Below are positions 41,577 through 50,868 of a DNA stretch of 64,000 bases, piece by piece. The stretch comes from Candidatus Onthovivens sp. Lineage in GTDB: Bacteria > Bacillota_I > Bacilli_A > RFN20 > CAG-826. Position numbers and translations under genes: made by a program. Numbering within the stretch: the stretch's first letter is position 1; the number at the start of each line of letters is the position of its first letter. Where the stretch lies: positions 8,085 to 72,084 of the forward strand of contig DBFJOT010000056.1 in the NCBI GenBank assembly GCA_048405595.1, given 5' to 3'. Under the pieces are notes generated by a model, which had not been told where the DNA came from, did not search any database, and was given only the letters and a program-made list of their open reading frames with translations.

Positions 41577-43588
41577 TCTTCTTTAAGTTCCTCGGCAACA
41601 TTTTTAGATTTCATAATTTTTAGAGGTAAAAAACACGCGCCAAAAATAAGAACAATAAAAATTGCAATTAGTAAAAAAGTATCGATGTAATCAATATTAA
41701 TGAGATTATTAAATTTAAAAAATCGATTAAATTGATTATTTAACACACTTGAAGTTATTAATGATAAAAGAGTACCTAAGCATATGCCTAGAGTTGCCAT
41801 CATAAGTTGCTCTTCTAAATATATTTCCATTACTTCGTTATTTGTCGCGCCTAAAGAAGATAAAATTGCACTCTCTTTTCTATTTAAAATAGCTGATGAA
41901 TAAGCTAAGAATCCATTAATAAATAAACTTGTTAAGATAGCTAAGACAATAAAAATATTCATCCCTAGAAAAACACTATTCGAAATATCTAAAAATGAGT
42001 TAACCATGGTGTAACCAAAGTTTTCTAATTTAAAAATATGGTTTTCACTCTTTTGATTCATGATTTCGTACAGATGCTTTCTTTCATCTTCATTAAAAGC
42101 AAATACATTTAATTTATAACTAGAAATCTCAGAATTATCTTTCGCTTCGGTTAAAAGGTCATAGTAAGTAACTTTTTGATCTCTGTCTAAAGTACTTTTT
42201 GTAGCTTCTTGATTTTTTAAGACCTTTTCCATAAGTGTAGAATGATAATACAAAGTTGGTGTGTTCATATAATTAAATTCATCAACAACTTCTTTAACTC
42301 TTAAATAAAAAGAAAATTTTATAGGTTCAATAATGGTTGTATTGCTATATTCACTAAAATAACTGTAACTTGTTTCACAACTTATCGAAATTTCATTTAA
42401 AAAAGGCTCGACTTCAAGTTGATCAAAAAGCGCTTTATTCATTACACATTCATCAATAGCAAGTTTAGGATGAATAATCGGTTTTATGTCGAATTCATCG
42501 AACTTTTTTTCAAATCTTTTACCATGAATTAATTCACATTTATTAGCGAAAAAATAATCATAAGAGTAGTCAATAACATAACTCTTTCCTTCTAGCAAAG
42601 TTGAAACTTGATTATACGTTGGTCTTTCTAGTCGTTTCAAAGATAAAGGTGAATCGTCAATGTTTTCATTTTTGACAATTGAAATCGAGAATGTATTTTT
42701 ATCTCCATAAGTATTTAATAATTTACCTTTGCTATTTAAAATCCCTTCCCTAGTGAATAAAGATAAAAGCAAAACAATAACGCTAAATGATGCAGAAAAA
42801 ACATTCACTAAATTTCTTTTTATATTCTTTTTGATGTTTTTGAAACTAACTTTTCTAATAAATTTAGAATCATGTTTCTTTTTAGAATCAATTTTATATT
42901 CAGGAATATCGTTATCATAAACAGGCTGACTTTGTCTTATAATTGATCCATTTTCTAGATAAATAAAGCCATCATGAAATTTGTTAAATAAGTTATTATC
43001 ATGCGTTACGATTATAACTAGTTTCTCTTTAGAAATTTCTTTTAAATTTTCCATTAACTTAATTGAATTAACTTCATCTAAAGCACCAGTTGGTTCATCA
43101 CAAAAAATAATTTTAGGATTATTTATTAATGTTCTAATTAAAGCTACTCTTTGTTTTTCTCCACCACTAAGCAAATAAACCTTTTGTTTTTTCTTCTCTA
43201 ATAGTTCATACTTTGCTAACAAAGCATCGATGTAGTCGTTATTTTTAGCGTTTTTAATAGATTTAGTGACTTCTAAATTTTCTAAAACAGTCATATCATC
43301 AATTAAATTGTAACGTTGAAACAAAATGCCTATCTCATTTCTTATATAGTTATTTTTATCTTTCTTATTTAATTTATTTATATCTTTACCATTATATAAA
43401 ATTTCGCCTTGATCACTAGATAAAATTCCAGACATGATATTTAATAAAGTAGATTTTCCACACCCACTTTTACCTAAAACAAAATACATACCTTTGTTTG
43501 GGAATTTATAATTAATATCATTTAGGACTAACGTGCTTCTTGATTCTAATATTTTAAATGACTTATTTAAGTGTTTAATTTCTAGCAT
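41573..43588 (-). CDS. Fused ABC ATPase + FtsX-type permease (MacB architecture)
   Basis: 671 aa from MLEIKHLNKSF (SD ggagga). [35 protein letters not shown]-terminal FtsX helices with NRKESAILSSLGA. 4-nt overlap with the downstream paralogue. Confidence 0.85.
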   Translation of the reverse strand: MLEIKHLNKSFKILESRSTLVLNDINYKFPNKGMYFVLGKSGCGKSTLLNIMSGILSSDQGEILYNGKDINKLNKKDKNNYIRNEIGILFQRYNLIDDMTVLENLEVTKSIKNAKNNDYIDALLAKYELLEKKKQKVYLLSGGEKQRVALIRTLINNPKIIFCDEPTGALDEVNSIKLMENLKEISKEKLVIIVTHDNNLFNKFHDGFIYLENGSIIRQSQPVYDNDIPEYKIDSKKKHDSKFIRKVSFKNIKKNIKRNLVNVFSASFSVIVLLLSLFTREGILNSKGKLLNTYGDKNTFSISIVKNENIDDSPLSLKRLERPTYNQVSTLLEGKSYVIDYSYDYFFANKCELIHGKRFEKKFDEFDIKPIIHPKLAIDECVMNKALFDQLEVEPFLNEISISCETSYSYFSEYSNTTIIEPIKFSFYLRVKEVVDEFNYMNTPTLYYHSTLMEKVLKNQEATKSTLDRDQKVTYYDLLTEAKDNSEISSYKLNVFAFNEDERKHLYEIMNQKSENHIFKLENFGYTMVNSFLDISNSVFLGMNIFIVLAILTSLFINGFLAYSSAILNRKESAILSSLGATNNEVMEIYLEEQLMMATLGICLGTLLSLITSSVLNNQFNRFFKFNNLINIDYIDTFLLIAIFIVLIFGACFLPLKIMKSKNVAEELKEE

Positions 43589-43642
43589 TAAAAATTCCTC
43601 CTTCATTAACACAAAAGAGCGAAGGAGGAATTTTTTCAAAAA

Positions 43643-44284
43643 TTAATTATTTTTTATTATTTCGTACATCTTTTCATATGTAGGAGTAAAAGCAAATGGC
43701 TTTATATCTTCTTCATATTTACGAGGTGAGCCTGTGAATAAAATACATTTTACTCCAGCATTTTTAGCAGCTAAATAATCAAATTTAGTATCACCAATCA
43801 TTACGACTTCATCTTTTGATACATTAAGTTTTTCAATAATGAAATTTAACATATCTGGATCTGGTTTATGTTTAAATGGATCGCTACTTGTTAAAACATA
43901 AGTAAAATAATCTTTTATACCGTAAGTTTCTAAACATTTGATGGTCATTTCTTTATTTTTAGATGTTGCAACACAGAAAATGTAACCATCATCGTGTAAT
44001 TTATGAATTATTTCTAACTCACCTGGAAACATTTTTAAACAGTCTTCATAATATTTGGCAGTTCTTTTTCTATATTCTTTTAATACGAAATCAGGATCAA
44101 GTTCTGGAAAAGCGAAATTTATACTTTGTTCAACTGGAGGACCACTAAAAGTTCTAACTACTTCTCTATCGATTACATAATCTTTAGGTTTATATTCAAG
44201 AAATAGTTCTTTCCAAGTTCTATAAATAATTTCATCGGTATCAATTAATGTACCATCCATGTCGAAAATTAAAACTTTTACCAT
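43643..44284 (-). CDS. ppaX: HAD-family pyrophosphatase/phosphatase PpaX-like
   Basis: 213 aa with LIFDMDGTLIDTD and GDTKFD motifs. Follows lgt, as in the B. subtilis lgt-ppaX arrangement. Confidence 0.65.
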   Translation of the reverse strand: MVKVLIFDMDGTLIDTDEIIYRTWKELFLEYKPKDYVIDREVVRTFSGPPVEQSINFAFPELDPDFVLKEYRKRTAKYYEDCLKMFPGELEIIHKLHDDGYIFCVATSKNKEMTIKCLETYGIKDYFTYVLTSSDPFKHKPDPDMLNFIIEKLNVSKDEVVMIGDTKFDYLAAKNAGVKCILFTGSPRKYEEDIKPFAFTPTYEKMYEIIKNN

Positions 44285-45819
44285 ATTGTGAAAAATACCG
44301 TAATCATAATAGCCATTAAAATAGCTAATGATCCTAAAATAATTGCGTTTCTAATTAAAGTTTTATCAGTTCTTTCGTCTTTAACAATAACTGCATCAAT
44401 ATATTCATGATCTTTATACATCCAAAGATGTTTTTCACGTAATATTTTCCAAATAACGAAGAATGTGATAATCGCAAAACCAACACCAATCATGTAATAA
44501 GATGATTTAACACTCATATCATATTGATAAGAACCATATCTTAATGGCTCAAGGAACGCTCTAGTTGCACCATACCAAACTAAATACCAACCAAGTCCAC
44601 TTCCTTCAGCGTGATACTTTCCTAAACTTCTTGTGATACCAAAATAAATAAAGAAGTATCCGATTAAGTTTGTAATTGTTTCAATTGTAGCTAAAGGTAA
44701 ATATGCTTGAGTTGCATCACCAATAAAATGAGAACCATCGAATTGATAATTTAATTTTACAAACGTTGGAAGCCAAGCTATAGAACTCATTGGAATTTCA
44801 TTGCCATGAACTTCCGCATTGAAGAAATTTCCAATTCTCCCAATCGCTTGAGCAACTAAAATCGCAGGAACGATAATATCAACGAGTCTAAGATAACTCA
44901 TGTGCTGATAATTTGGATCTTTTTTCCAATATTTAATGATAAGCATTACAGAAACACCAGCAATAATACCTAAAATTGCTCCACCCATAATGCCCAATCC
45001 ACCATCTTGGACAGCGAATATTTTTGTCCAATCTCTAATAAAGATAGATGAATTTCCGTTTTTGGAAATATCTAATAAAACATACCATAATCTAGCACCA
45101 ATTAATCCAAACGGAAAAGCTACAAAGAAACATGTAGTGACAATGTCGTGCTTTCCATAAAATTTATAAATGTAATGGTCGCAAATTCCTAAAACTAAGA
45201 ACGCTCCACTAAGGATAAAAATAGCGTAGAAAGCAATACTAATACCACCATCTAAAGCTAAATATCCAGATTCATTTTTTGCATAGAATGGTTCTGGTTT
45301 AACGTATGAGTTAATAAATTTAATTCCGTGTTTACCAATATAAATCGAATTACATAGTGGATATTGTAAATAAGGTGCATTGCCTTCGCTCATTAAGATA
45401 AAACTTATAACCACTAAAGGGATCGACCCATACATAATCCACTTCATGCATTTTCTAAATTTTTCATCAAAATTAGTAAACCAGAAGTAATAGAAAAATG
45501 ATGTTAAGAACGTAAAAGCGAAAGCTGCCATTAGTATCAAGAAGAAATAAGACATAAATTGGTGACCACCATTTACAATAATATTCTCTTCTTTTAAATA
45601 TCCAACTGTGCTTGGATCTAAATAGAAAGCAACAGTGAATAATATAAGTCCTAAGGTAATAAGGCCCCAAAAAACCGCTAAAACTAAGGTTTTTTTCTTA
45701 ATTAGTTGATTTTCAGTAATTCTTAAATTGTTTTTTAGCATTTTTGAAAGGTAAGCGCCATAGCCTATTGCACCACTTAGGAATAAAGCCATAGCTATAT
45801 AATAAATTACTTCACTCAT
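44278..45819 (-). CDS. lgt: Prolipoprotein diacylglyceryl transferase with a long N-terminal membrane extension
   Basis: 513 aa. Lgt signatures GGLGIMGGAILG and GRIGNFFNAEVHG lie in the C-terminal ~320 aa, preceded by ~190 aa of extra TM helices. Confidence 0.85.
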   Translation of the reverse strand: MSEVIYYIAMALFLSGAIGYGAYLSKMLKNNLRITENQLIKKKTLVLAVFWGLITLGLILFTVAFYLDPSTVGYLKEENIIVNGGHQFMSYFFLILMAAFAFTFLTSFFYYFWFTNFDEKFRKCMKWIMYGSIPLVVISFILMSEGNAPYLQYPLCNSIYIGKHGIKFINSYVKPEPFYAKNESGYLALDGGISIAFYAIFILSGAFLVLGICDHYIYKFYGKHDIVTTCFFVAFPFGLIGARLWYVLLDISKNGNSSIFIRDWTKIFAVQDGGLGIMGGAILGIIAGVSVMLIIKYWKKDPNYQHMSYLRLVDIIVPAILVAQAIGRIGNFFNAEVHGNEIPMSSIAWLPTFVKLNYQFDGSHFIGDATQAYLPLATIETITNLIGYFFIYFGITRSLGKYHAEGSGLGWYLVWYGATRAFLEPLRYGSYQYDMSVKSSYYMIGVGFAIITFFVIWKILREKHLWMYKDHEYIDAVIVKDERTDKTLIRNAIILGSLAILMAIMITVFFTIW

Positions 45820-48671
45820 TAACTTCTCTCCCTTCTTTTCTTATCTTGTTCGAGTACTTTCTTTAAATAGTACCCAGTATAACTTTTTTTATTTTTACTT
45901 ACTTCTTCAGGAGTTCCACTAGCGATAATTTGTCCTCCTTTATCACCACCTTCAGGTCCTAAATCTATAATATAATCAGCTACTTTAATGACATCTAAGT
46001 TATGTTCAATGACTAAGATAGTATCTCCGTTATTAACAATTCTTTCGAGTACTTCAAGTAACTTTTTAACATCATCAGTATGCAATCCAGTTGTAGGTTC
46101 ATCAAGGATGTATAAAGTTTTTCCTGTTGGTCTTTTTTGCAAATAATAAGCAAGTTTAACTCTTTGAGCTTCCCCGCCACTTAAAGTAGTTGCAGGTTGA
46201 CCAACTTTAATATACCCAAGTCCAACATCAATTAATGTTTTAAGTTTTCTAGCTAATGAAACATGAGGTTTAAAGAAGTTATACGCATCTTCAATCGTCA
46301 TTTCTAAAACATCAAAAATATTTTTACCTTTATATGTGCATAAAAGCGTTTCATCATTATATCTTTTACCATTACATTCATCACATTTTACATAAACATC
46401 TGGTAAAAAATTCATTGGGATTCTTGTTACACCAGCACCTTGGCAATGTTCACATCTTCCTCCAGGCATATTGAAAGAAAATCTTGATTTATCAAATCCA
46501 TGTGCTTTAGCTTCAATCGTTTGAGCAAAAATATCTCTAATATCATCAAAAGCTTTTACATAAGTCGCTGGGTTACTTCTAGGAGTTCTTCCGATTGGTT
46601 CTTGAGAAATATTAATTACCTTATCAATATTTTCAAGACCTTTAATTTCTTTATATTCACCAACATCAACTATCTTTTTATCAATGATTTTTTGAATTGC
46701 GTTATACAAAGTTCCATTAACTAAAGAAGATTTACCACTTCCACTTACACCTGTAACACAAATAAATGACCCAAGAGGAAATTTTACATTAATGTTTTTA
46801 AGGTTATGGACTTTACATCCTTTTAATTCAATGTAATTTCCATTACCTTTTCTTCTTTCTTCAGGTACCGCGATAAAATCTTCACCAGATAAGTATCTTC
46901 CAGTTAAGCTTTCCTTACAGTGTTTAACTTTTTCTAGGTCTCCAGCGACAACAACTTCTCCACCATGTACGCCAGCTCTAGGTCCAATATCAACGATATA
47001 ATCGGCACTTTTTATCATTTCATCATCGTGTTCGACTACGATTAAAGTGTTACCAAGATCTCTCATTTCTTTAAGTGAATTAATTAATTTTTCGCTATCA
47101 CGTTGATGCAAACCAATTGATGGTTCATCTAAAACATAAAGAACTCCGCTTAATTTAGAACCTATTTGGGTAGCAAGTCTAATACGTTGACTTTCTCCTC
47201 CACTCAATGTCATAGACATACGAGCTAAAGTTAAATATTCTAATCCTACATCTATTAAGAATTTAACACGGTTAAGAATTTCATTGATAACCATTGATGA
47301 AATAGTTAATTGATAAGGTGTTAATGTGTTTTTTAATTCTGAAACAAAATCATAAAGTTTATTTAATGGTAAACATGTCATCTCATAAATATTTAAACCA
47401 TTAATTTTAACACTTAAAACTTTTTCATTAAGTCTAGCACCATGGCATTTTGTACACTCTTTATCTTTTAAAAACGAAGCATACCATTCGCGAGAAAAAT
47501 CACTTGTTGTTTCCTTATGAAGTCTTTCAATTTTAGTTTTTACACCTTCAATGAAACCCCTTCTATGAACAACATTTCCACTAGAACTCTTAATTGAGAA
47601 ATTTAATGGTTCTTTACTACCGTTCAAAATGATGTCAATATCATCCTTACTTAATTTCTCAAATGGTTTATCTAAATCAACATTATAATGTTTTAATAAT
47701 TCTTCAAATGTTTGCCAGTCTAAATTAGTAGTGCCAACAACGTTTTTATAATATGTAATTGCGCCTTCGTTAATGGATTTAGTTTTATCAGGAACTAATA
47801 AATCTAATTCAACTTCTTGAGAAATACCTAAACCATTGCATGAAGGGCAACATCCTAGTGGCGAATTAAAACTGAATAATCGTGGTTCAAGTTTTGGTAC
47901 AGTAAATCCACATATCGGACAAGCGTTGTGCTCGCTATATAGATGTTCTCCATCACCAATAAGAGTTAAAACAAATCCGTTCGCCCATTCACTAGCAAGT
48001 TCAACAGCTTCAAAAATACGACTTCTACTATCTTCTTTTAAGACAATTCTATCGATAATAATATCGATATTATGTCTTTTATTTTTATCTAAAGTTGGAC
48101 ATTCTTCGATTAAATAAGTTTCTCCATCTACTCTAACTCTAGTAAAACCATTTGATTTAATCTTATCGATTGTATCCTTAAAAGTTCCTTTTTCATTTCT
48201 AACAATAGGTGACAAAACTTGAATTCTTGAGTTTTGCGGACTTTTCATGATGATATCAACAATCTTTTGTGCTGAAAACGCGATAATTGGTTCATTATGA
48301 GTTGGACAATAAGGGACTCCGATTCTAGCATATAAAAGTCTCAAATAATCATAAATTTCTGTTACTGTCCCAACCGTACTTCTAGGGTTATGAGAGACGC
48401 TCTTTTGATCAATTGCAATTGAAGGAGATAAACCCTCAATACTTTCTACATCAGGTTTTTCATAACTTCCTAAAAATTGTCTAGCGTAGCTAGATAGTGA
48501 TTCAATATATCGTCTTTGACCTTCAGCAAAAATAGTATCGAAAGCTAGTGTTGATTTGCCACTTCCACTTACACCTGTAAAGACAATAAGTTTGTCTTTA
48601 GGAAGAGTAACACTAACATTTTTTAAGTTATTTACCTTTGCGTTTAATACTTTAATTTCATTAATTGCCAT
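45819..48671 (-). CDS. uvrA: Excinuclease ABC subunit A
   Basis: 950 aa with two ABC modules (GVSGSGKST twice) and zinc-finger Cys clusters. Confidence 0.97.
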   Translation of the reverse strand: MAINEIKVLNAKVNNLKNVSVTLPKDKLIVFTGVSGSGKSTLAFDTIFAEGQRRYIESLSSYARQFLGSYEKPDVESIEGLSPSIAIDQKSVSHNPRSTVGTVTEIYDYLRLLYARIGVPYCPTHNEPIIAFSAQKIVDIIMKSPQNSRIQVLSPIVRNEKGTFKDTIDKIKSNGFTRVRVDGETYLIEECPTLDKNKRHNIDIIIDRIVLKEDSRSRIFEAVELASEWANGFVLTLIGDGEHLYSEHNACPICGFTVPKLEPRLFSFNSPLGCCPSCNGLGISQEVELDLLVPDKTKSINEGAITYYKNVVGTTNLDWQTFEELLKHYNVDLDKPFEKLSKDDIDIILNGSKEPLNFSIKSSSGNVVHRRGFIEGVKTKIERLHKETTSDFSREWYASFLKDKECTKCHGARLNEKVLSVKINGLNIYEMTCLPLNKLYDFVSELKNTLTPYQLTISSMVINEILNRVKFLIDVGLEYLTLARMSMTLSGGESQRIRLATQIGSKLSGVLYVLDEPSIGLHQRDSEKLINSLKEMRDLGNTLIVVEHDDEMIKSADYIVDIGPRAGVHGGEVVVAGDLEKVKHCKESLTGRYLSGEDFIAVPEERRKGNGNYIELKGCKVHNLKNINVKFPLGSFICVTGVSGSGKSSLVNGTLYNAIQKIIDKKIVDVGEYKEIKGLENIDKVINISQEPIGRTPRSNPATYVKAFDDIRDIFAQTIEAKAHGFDKSRFSFNMPGGRCEHCQGAGVTRIPMNFLPDVYVKCDECNGKRYNDETLLCTYKGKNIFDVLEMTIEDAYNFFKPHVSLARKLKTLIDVGLGYIKVGQPATTLSGGEAQRVKLAYYLQKRPTGKTLYILDEPTTGLHTDDVKKLLEVLERIVNNGDTILVIEHNLDVIKVADYIIDLGPEGGDKGGQIIASGTPEEVSKNKKSYTGYYLKKVLEQDKKRRERS

Positions 48672-48678
48672 AAAACAA

Positions 48679-48684
48679 ATTATA
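48679..48684 (-). promoter_or_regulatory. Candidate -10 hexamer placing the uvrA TSS at or near its ATG
   Basis: Minus strand TATAAT ends 7 nt before the ATG. No purine-rich SD lies between them. Confidence 0.3.
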
Positions 48685-48878
48685 ACTTTTAGAGTATGTT
48701 TTTAAAAGTTAAAAACTTATATAGAAATGACAATTCCTGAGTTTTATCGTTGTGTTTTCAGAAAAAATTTTCTATATTTTCAATGCAACCGCTTACAATC
48801 GGTAATAAATATACATTTATGTATATTTTTTAAAGTAATTATGATATTTTTATATCTAGATTTTTGGAGGTACTTGTT

Positions 48879-50702
48879 ATGAAAATGAGAAACGTTGCTA
48901 TTATCGCTCACGTTGACCATGGTAAAACTACATTAGTTAACCAATTATTAAAATGCAGCGGAACATTTAGAGACAATGAAAAATTAGAAGATAGAGCTAT
49001 GGATAGTAATGCTATCGAAAGAGAAAGAGGTATTACAATTTTAGCTAAAACTACAAGTATCAAATATAAAGATTATAAAATTAACATTCTTGATACTCCT
49101 GGCCACGCTGATTTTGGTGGTGAAGTTGAACGTATCATGCACATGGTTGACGGATGCTTATTACTTGTTGATGCATTCGAAGGAACTATGCCACAAACTA
49201 GATTCGTACTTAAAAAAGCCATTGAGGCAGGTGTCAAACCAGTCGTTATCGTTAATAAAGTCGATAGAGCTAACGCTAATCCTGAAAAAGCTGTTGACGA
49301 AGTTTTACAACTTTTCATGGAACTTGGAGCACCAGATGAATTCTTAGATTTCAAAGTTGCTTATACTAGTGCATTAAACGGAACAAGCGCTTTAACAGGA
49401 AATCCTGAAGACCAAAAACCAGGAATGGATCCAGTCTATGACCTTATCGTAAGCGAGATTCCTGAACCAAAAGTTCAAGAAGAAGGACCACTTCAAGTCC
49501 AAGCTGCACTTCTTGATTACAACGATTATGTCGGAAGAATGGGTATTGGAAGAATTCAAAGAGGTACAATTAAAGTAGGAACTACGGTTTCTTGTGCAAG
49601 ACTCGATGGAACAGTTAAACAATTTAAAATTTTAAAACTCATTGGATATTTCGGATTAAAGAAAGTCGAAATCGAAGAAGCTAGTGCTGGTGAAATCGTC
49701 GCTATCGCTGGTTTACCAGATATGAATATCGGCGAAACAATTTGTGAATCGAGTAATGTCGAAGCCTTACCTCCACTTCACATTGATGAACCAACACTTC
49801 AAATGACTTTCGGTACAAACTCATCACCTTTCTCAGGCCAAGATGGTAAATTCTTAACAGCAAGACAAATTGAAGATAGATTATTTAAAGAAGCTCAAAA
49901 AGATGTTTCATTAAAAGTTAAAAGAGTTCCAAATAGTGAATCATGGATTGTTAGCGGACGTGGTGAGCTCCATTTAGGTATCTTAATTGAAAATATGAGA
50001 CGTGAAGGTTTCGAAATTGAAGTAAGTAGACCTCAAGTTATTATTAAAGAGATTGATGGTATCAAACAAGAACCATACGAAGATTTAAGCGTTGAAGTTC
50101 CTAATGATTTCGTTGGAGATATCATGACTTCTCTCGGATCAAGAGATGCTGAATTAATCGATATGGATTCAGGAGATGTAAATACAAAAATCAATTATAT
50201 TATTCCTTCTAGAGGTTTAATCGGTTTTGTAACTAATTTCTTAACTCTTACAAAAGGTTATGGAATTATTGCCCATACATTTAAAGAATATAGACCAGTT
50301 GCTCAAGGCAAGATTGGTGAAAGACAAGTCGGTGTTTTAGTCGCTACTGAAAGCGGCCAAGCAACGCCTTATGCTATTCAACACGTTGAAGAAAGAGGAA
50401 CTATGTTCATCTATCCTGGCGCTCAAATTTATGAAGGAATGATCGTAGGCGAAAATAAATACGATATGGATTTAAGTGTTAACGTTTGTCAAACTAAAAA
50501 CTTAACTAACCAACGTAGTGCTAACAAAGACCAAACAGTTGTCTTAAAATCACCAAGAAAAATGACACTCGAAGCTTGCTTAGATTATATTAACAGCGAT
50601 GAACTCGTTGAAGTTACTCCTACAACATTTAGAATCAGAAAGAAGATTTTAAACAACGCTGAACGTAAAAAATACGAGGCAAGAATAAAATCAGCTAATT
50701 AG
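48879..50702 (+). CDS. typA: Translational GTPase TypA/BipA
   Basis: 607 aa from [19 protein letters not shown], with DTPGHADF and NKVD motifs. SD ggagg 8 nt upstream. The TTG at 48864 lies inside the SD. Confidence 0.95.
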   Translation: MKMRNVAIIAHVDHGKTTLVNQLLKCSGTFRDNEKLEDRAMDSNAIERERGITILAKTTSIKYKDYKINILDTPGHADFGGEVERIMHMVDGCLLLVDAFEGTMPQTRFVLKKAIEAGVKPVVIVNKVDRANANPEKAVDEVLQLFMELGAPDEFLDFKVAYTSALNGTSALTGNPEDQKPGMDPVYDLIVSEIPEPKVQEEGPLQVQAALLDYNDYVGRMGIGRIQRGTIKVGTTVSCARLDGTVKQFKILKLIGYFGLKKVEIEEASAGEIVAIAGLPDMNIGETICESSNVEALPPLHIDEPTLQMTFGTNSSPFSGQDGKFLTARQIEDRLFKEAQKDVSLKVKRVPNSESWIVSGRGELHLGILIENMRREGFEIEVSRPQVIIKEIDGIKQEPYEDLSVEVPNDFVGDIMTSLGSRDAELIDMDSGDVNTKINYIIPSRGLIGFVTNFLTLTKGYGIIAHTFKEYRPVAQGKIGERQVGVLVATESGQATPYAIQHVEERGTMFIYPGAQIYEGMIVGENKYDMDLSVNVCQTKNLTNQRSANKDQTVVLKSPRKMTLEACLDYINSDELVEVTPTTFRIRKKILNNAERKKYEARIKSAN

Positions 50703-50723
50703 TATTTATTATTACTCAACTTT

Positions 50724-50759
50724 AAAGAGGATCGAAGTTTAAATCGATCCTCTTTTTTT
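50724..50759. terminator. Bidirectional terminator (typA / ABC permease)
   Basis: 12-bp stem aaagaggatcga / tcgatcctcttt followed by T-run. Confidence 0.7.
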
Positions 50760-50868
50760 AATTAAAATTATAAAACTTAGTCTTTTATTTCTTCTTTTTT
50801 AAATGGAATTTTATTCATCTTAAGAAGTATTAAAGATAATATGGTCCTAACGAGACAAATTATGCAAT

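Noticed and set aside
48672-48863. LexA (Cheo) operator upstream of uvrA.
   Set aside because: No GAAC-N4-GTTC-like palindrome is visible in the intergenic region.
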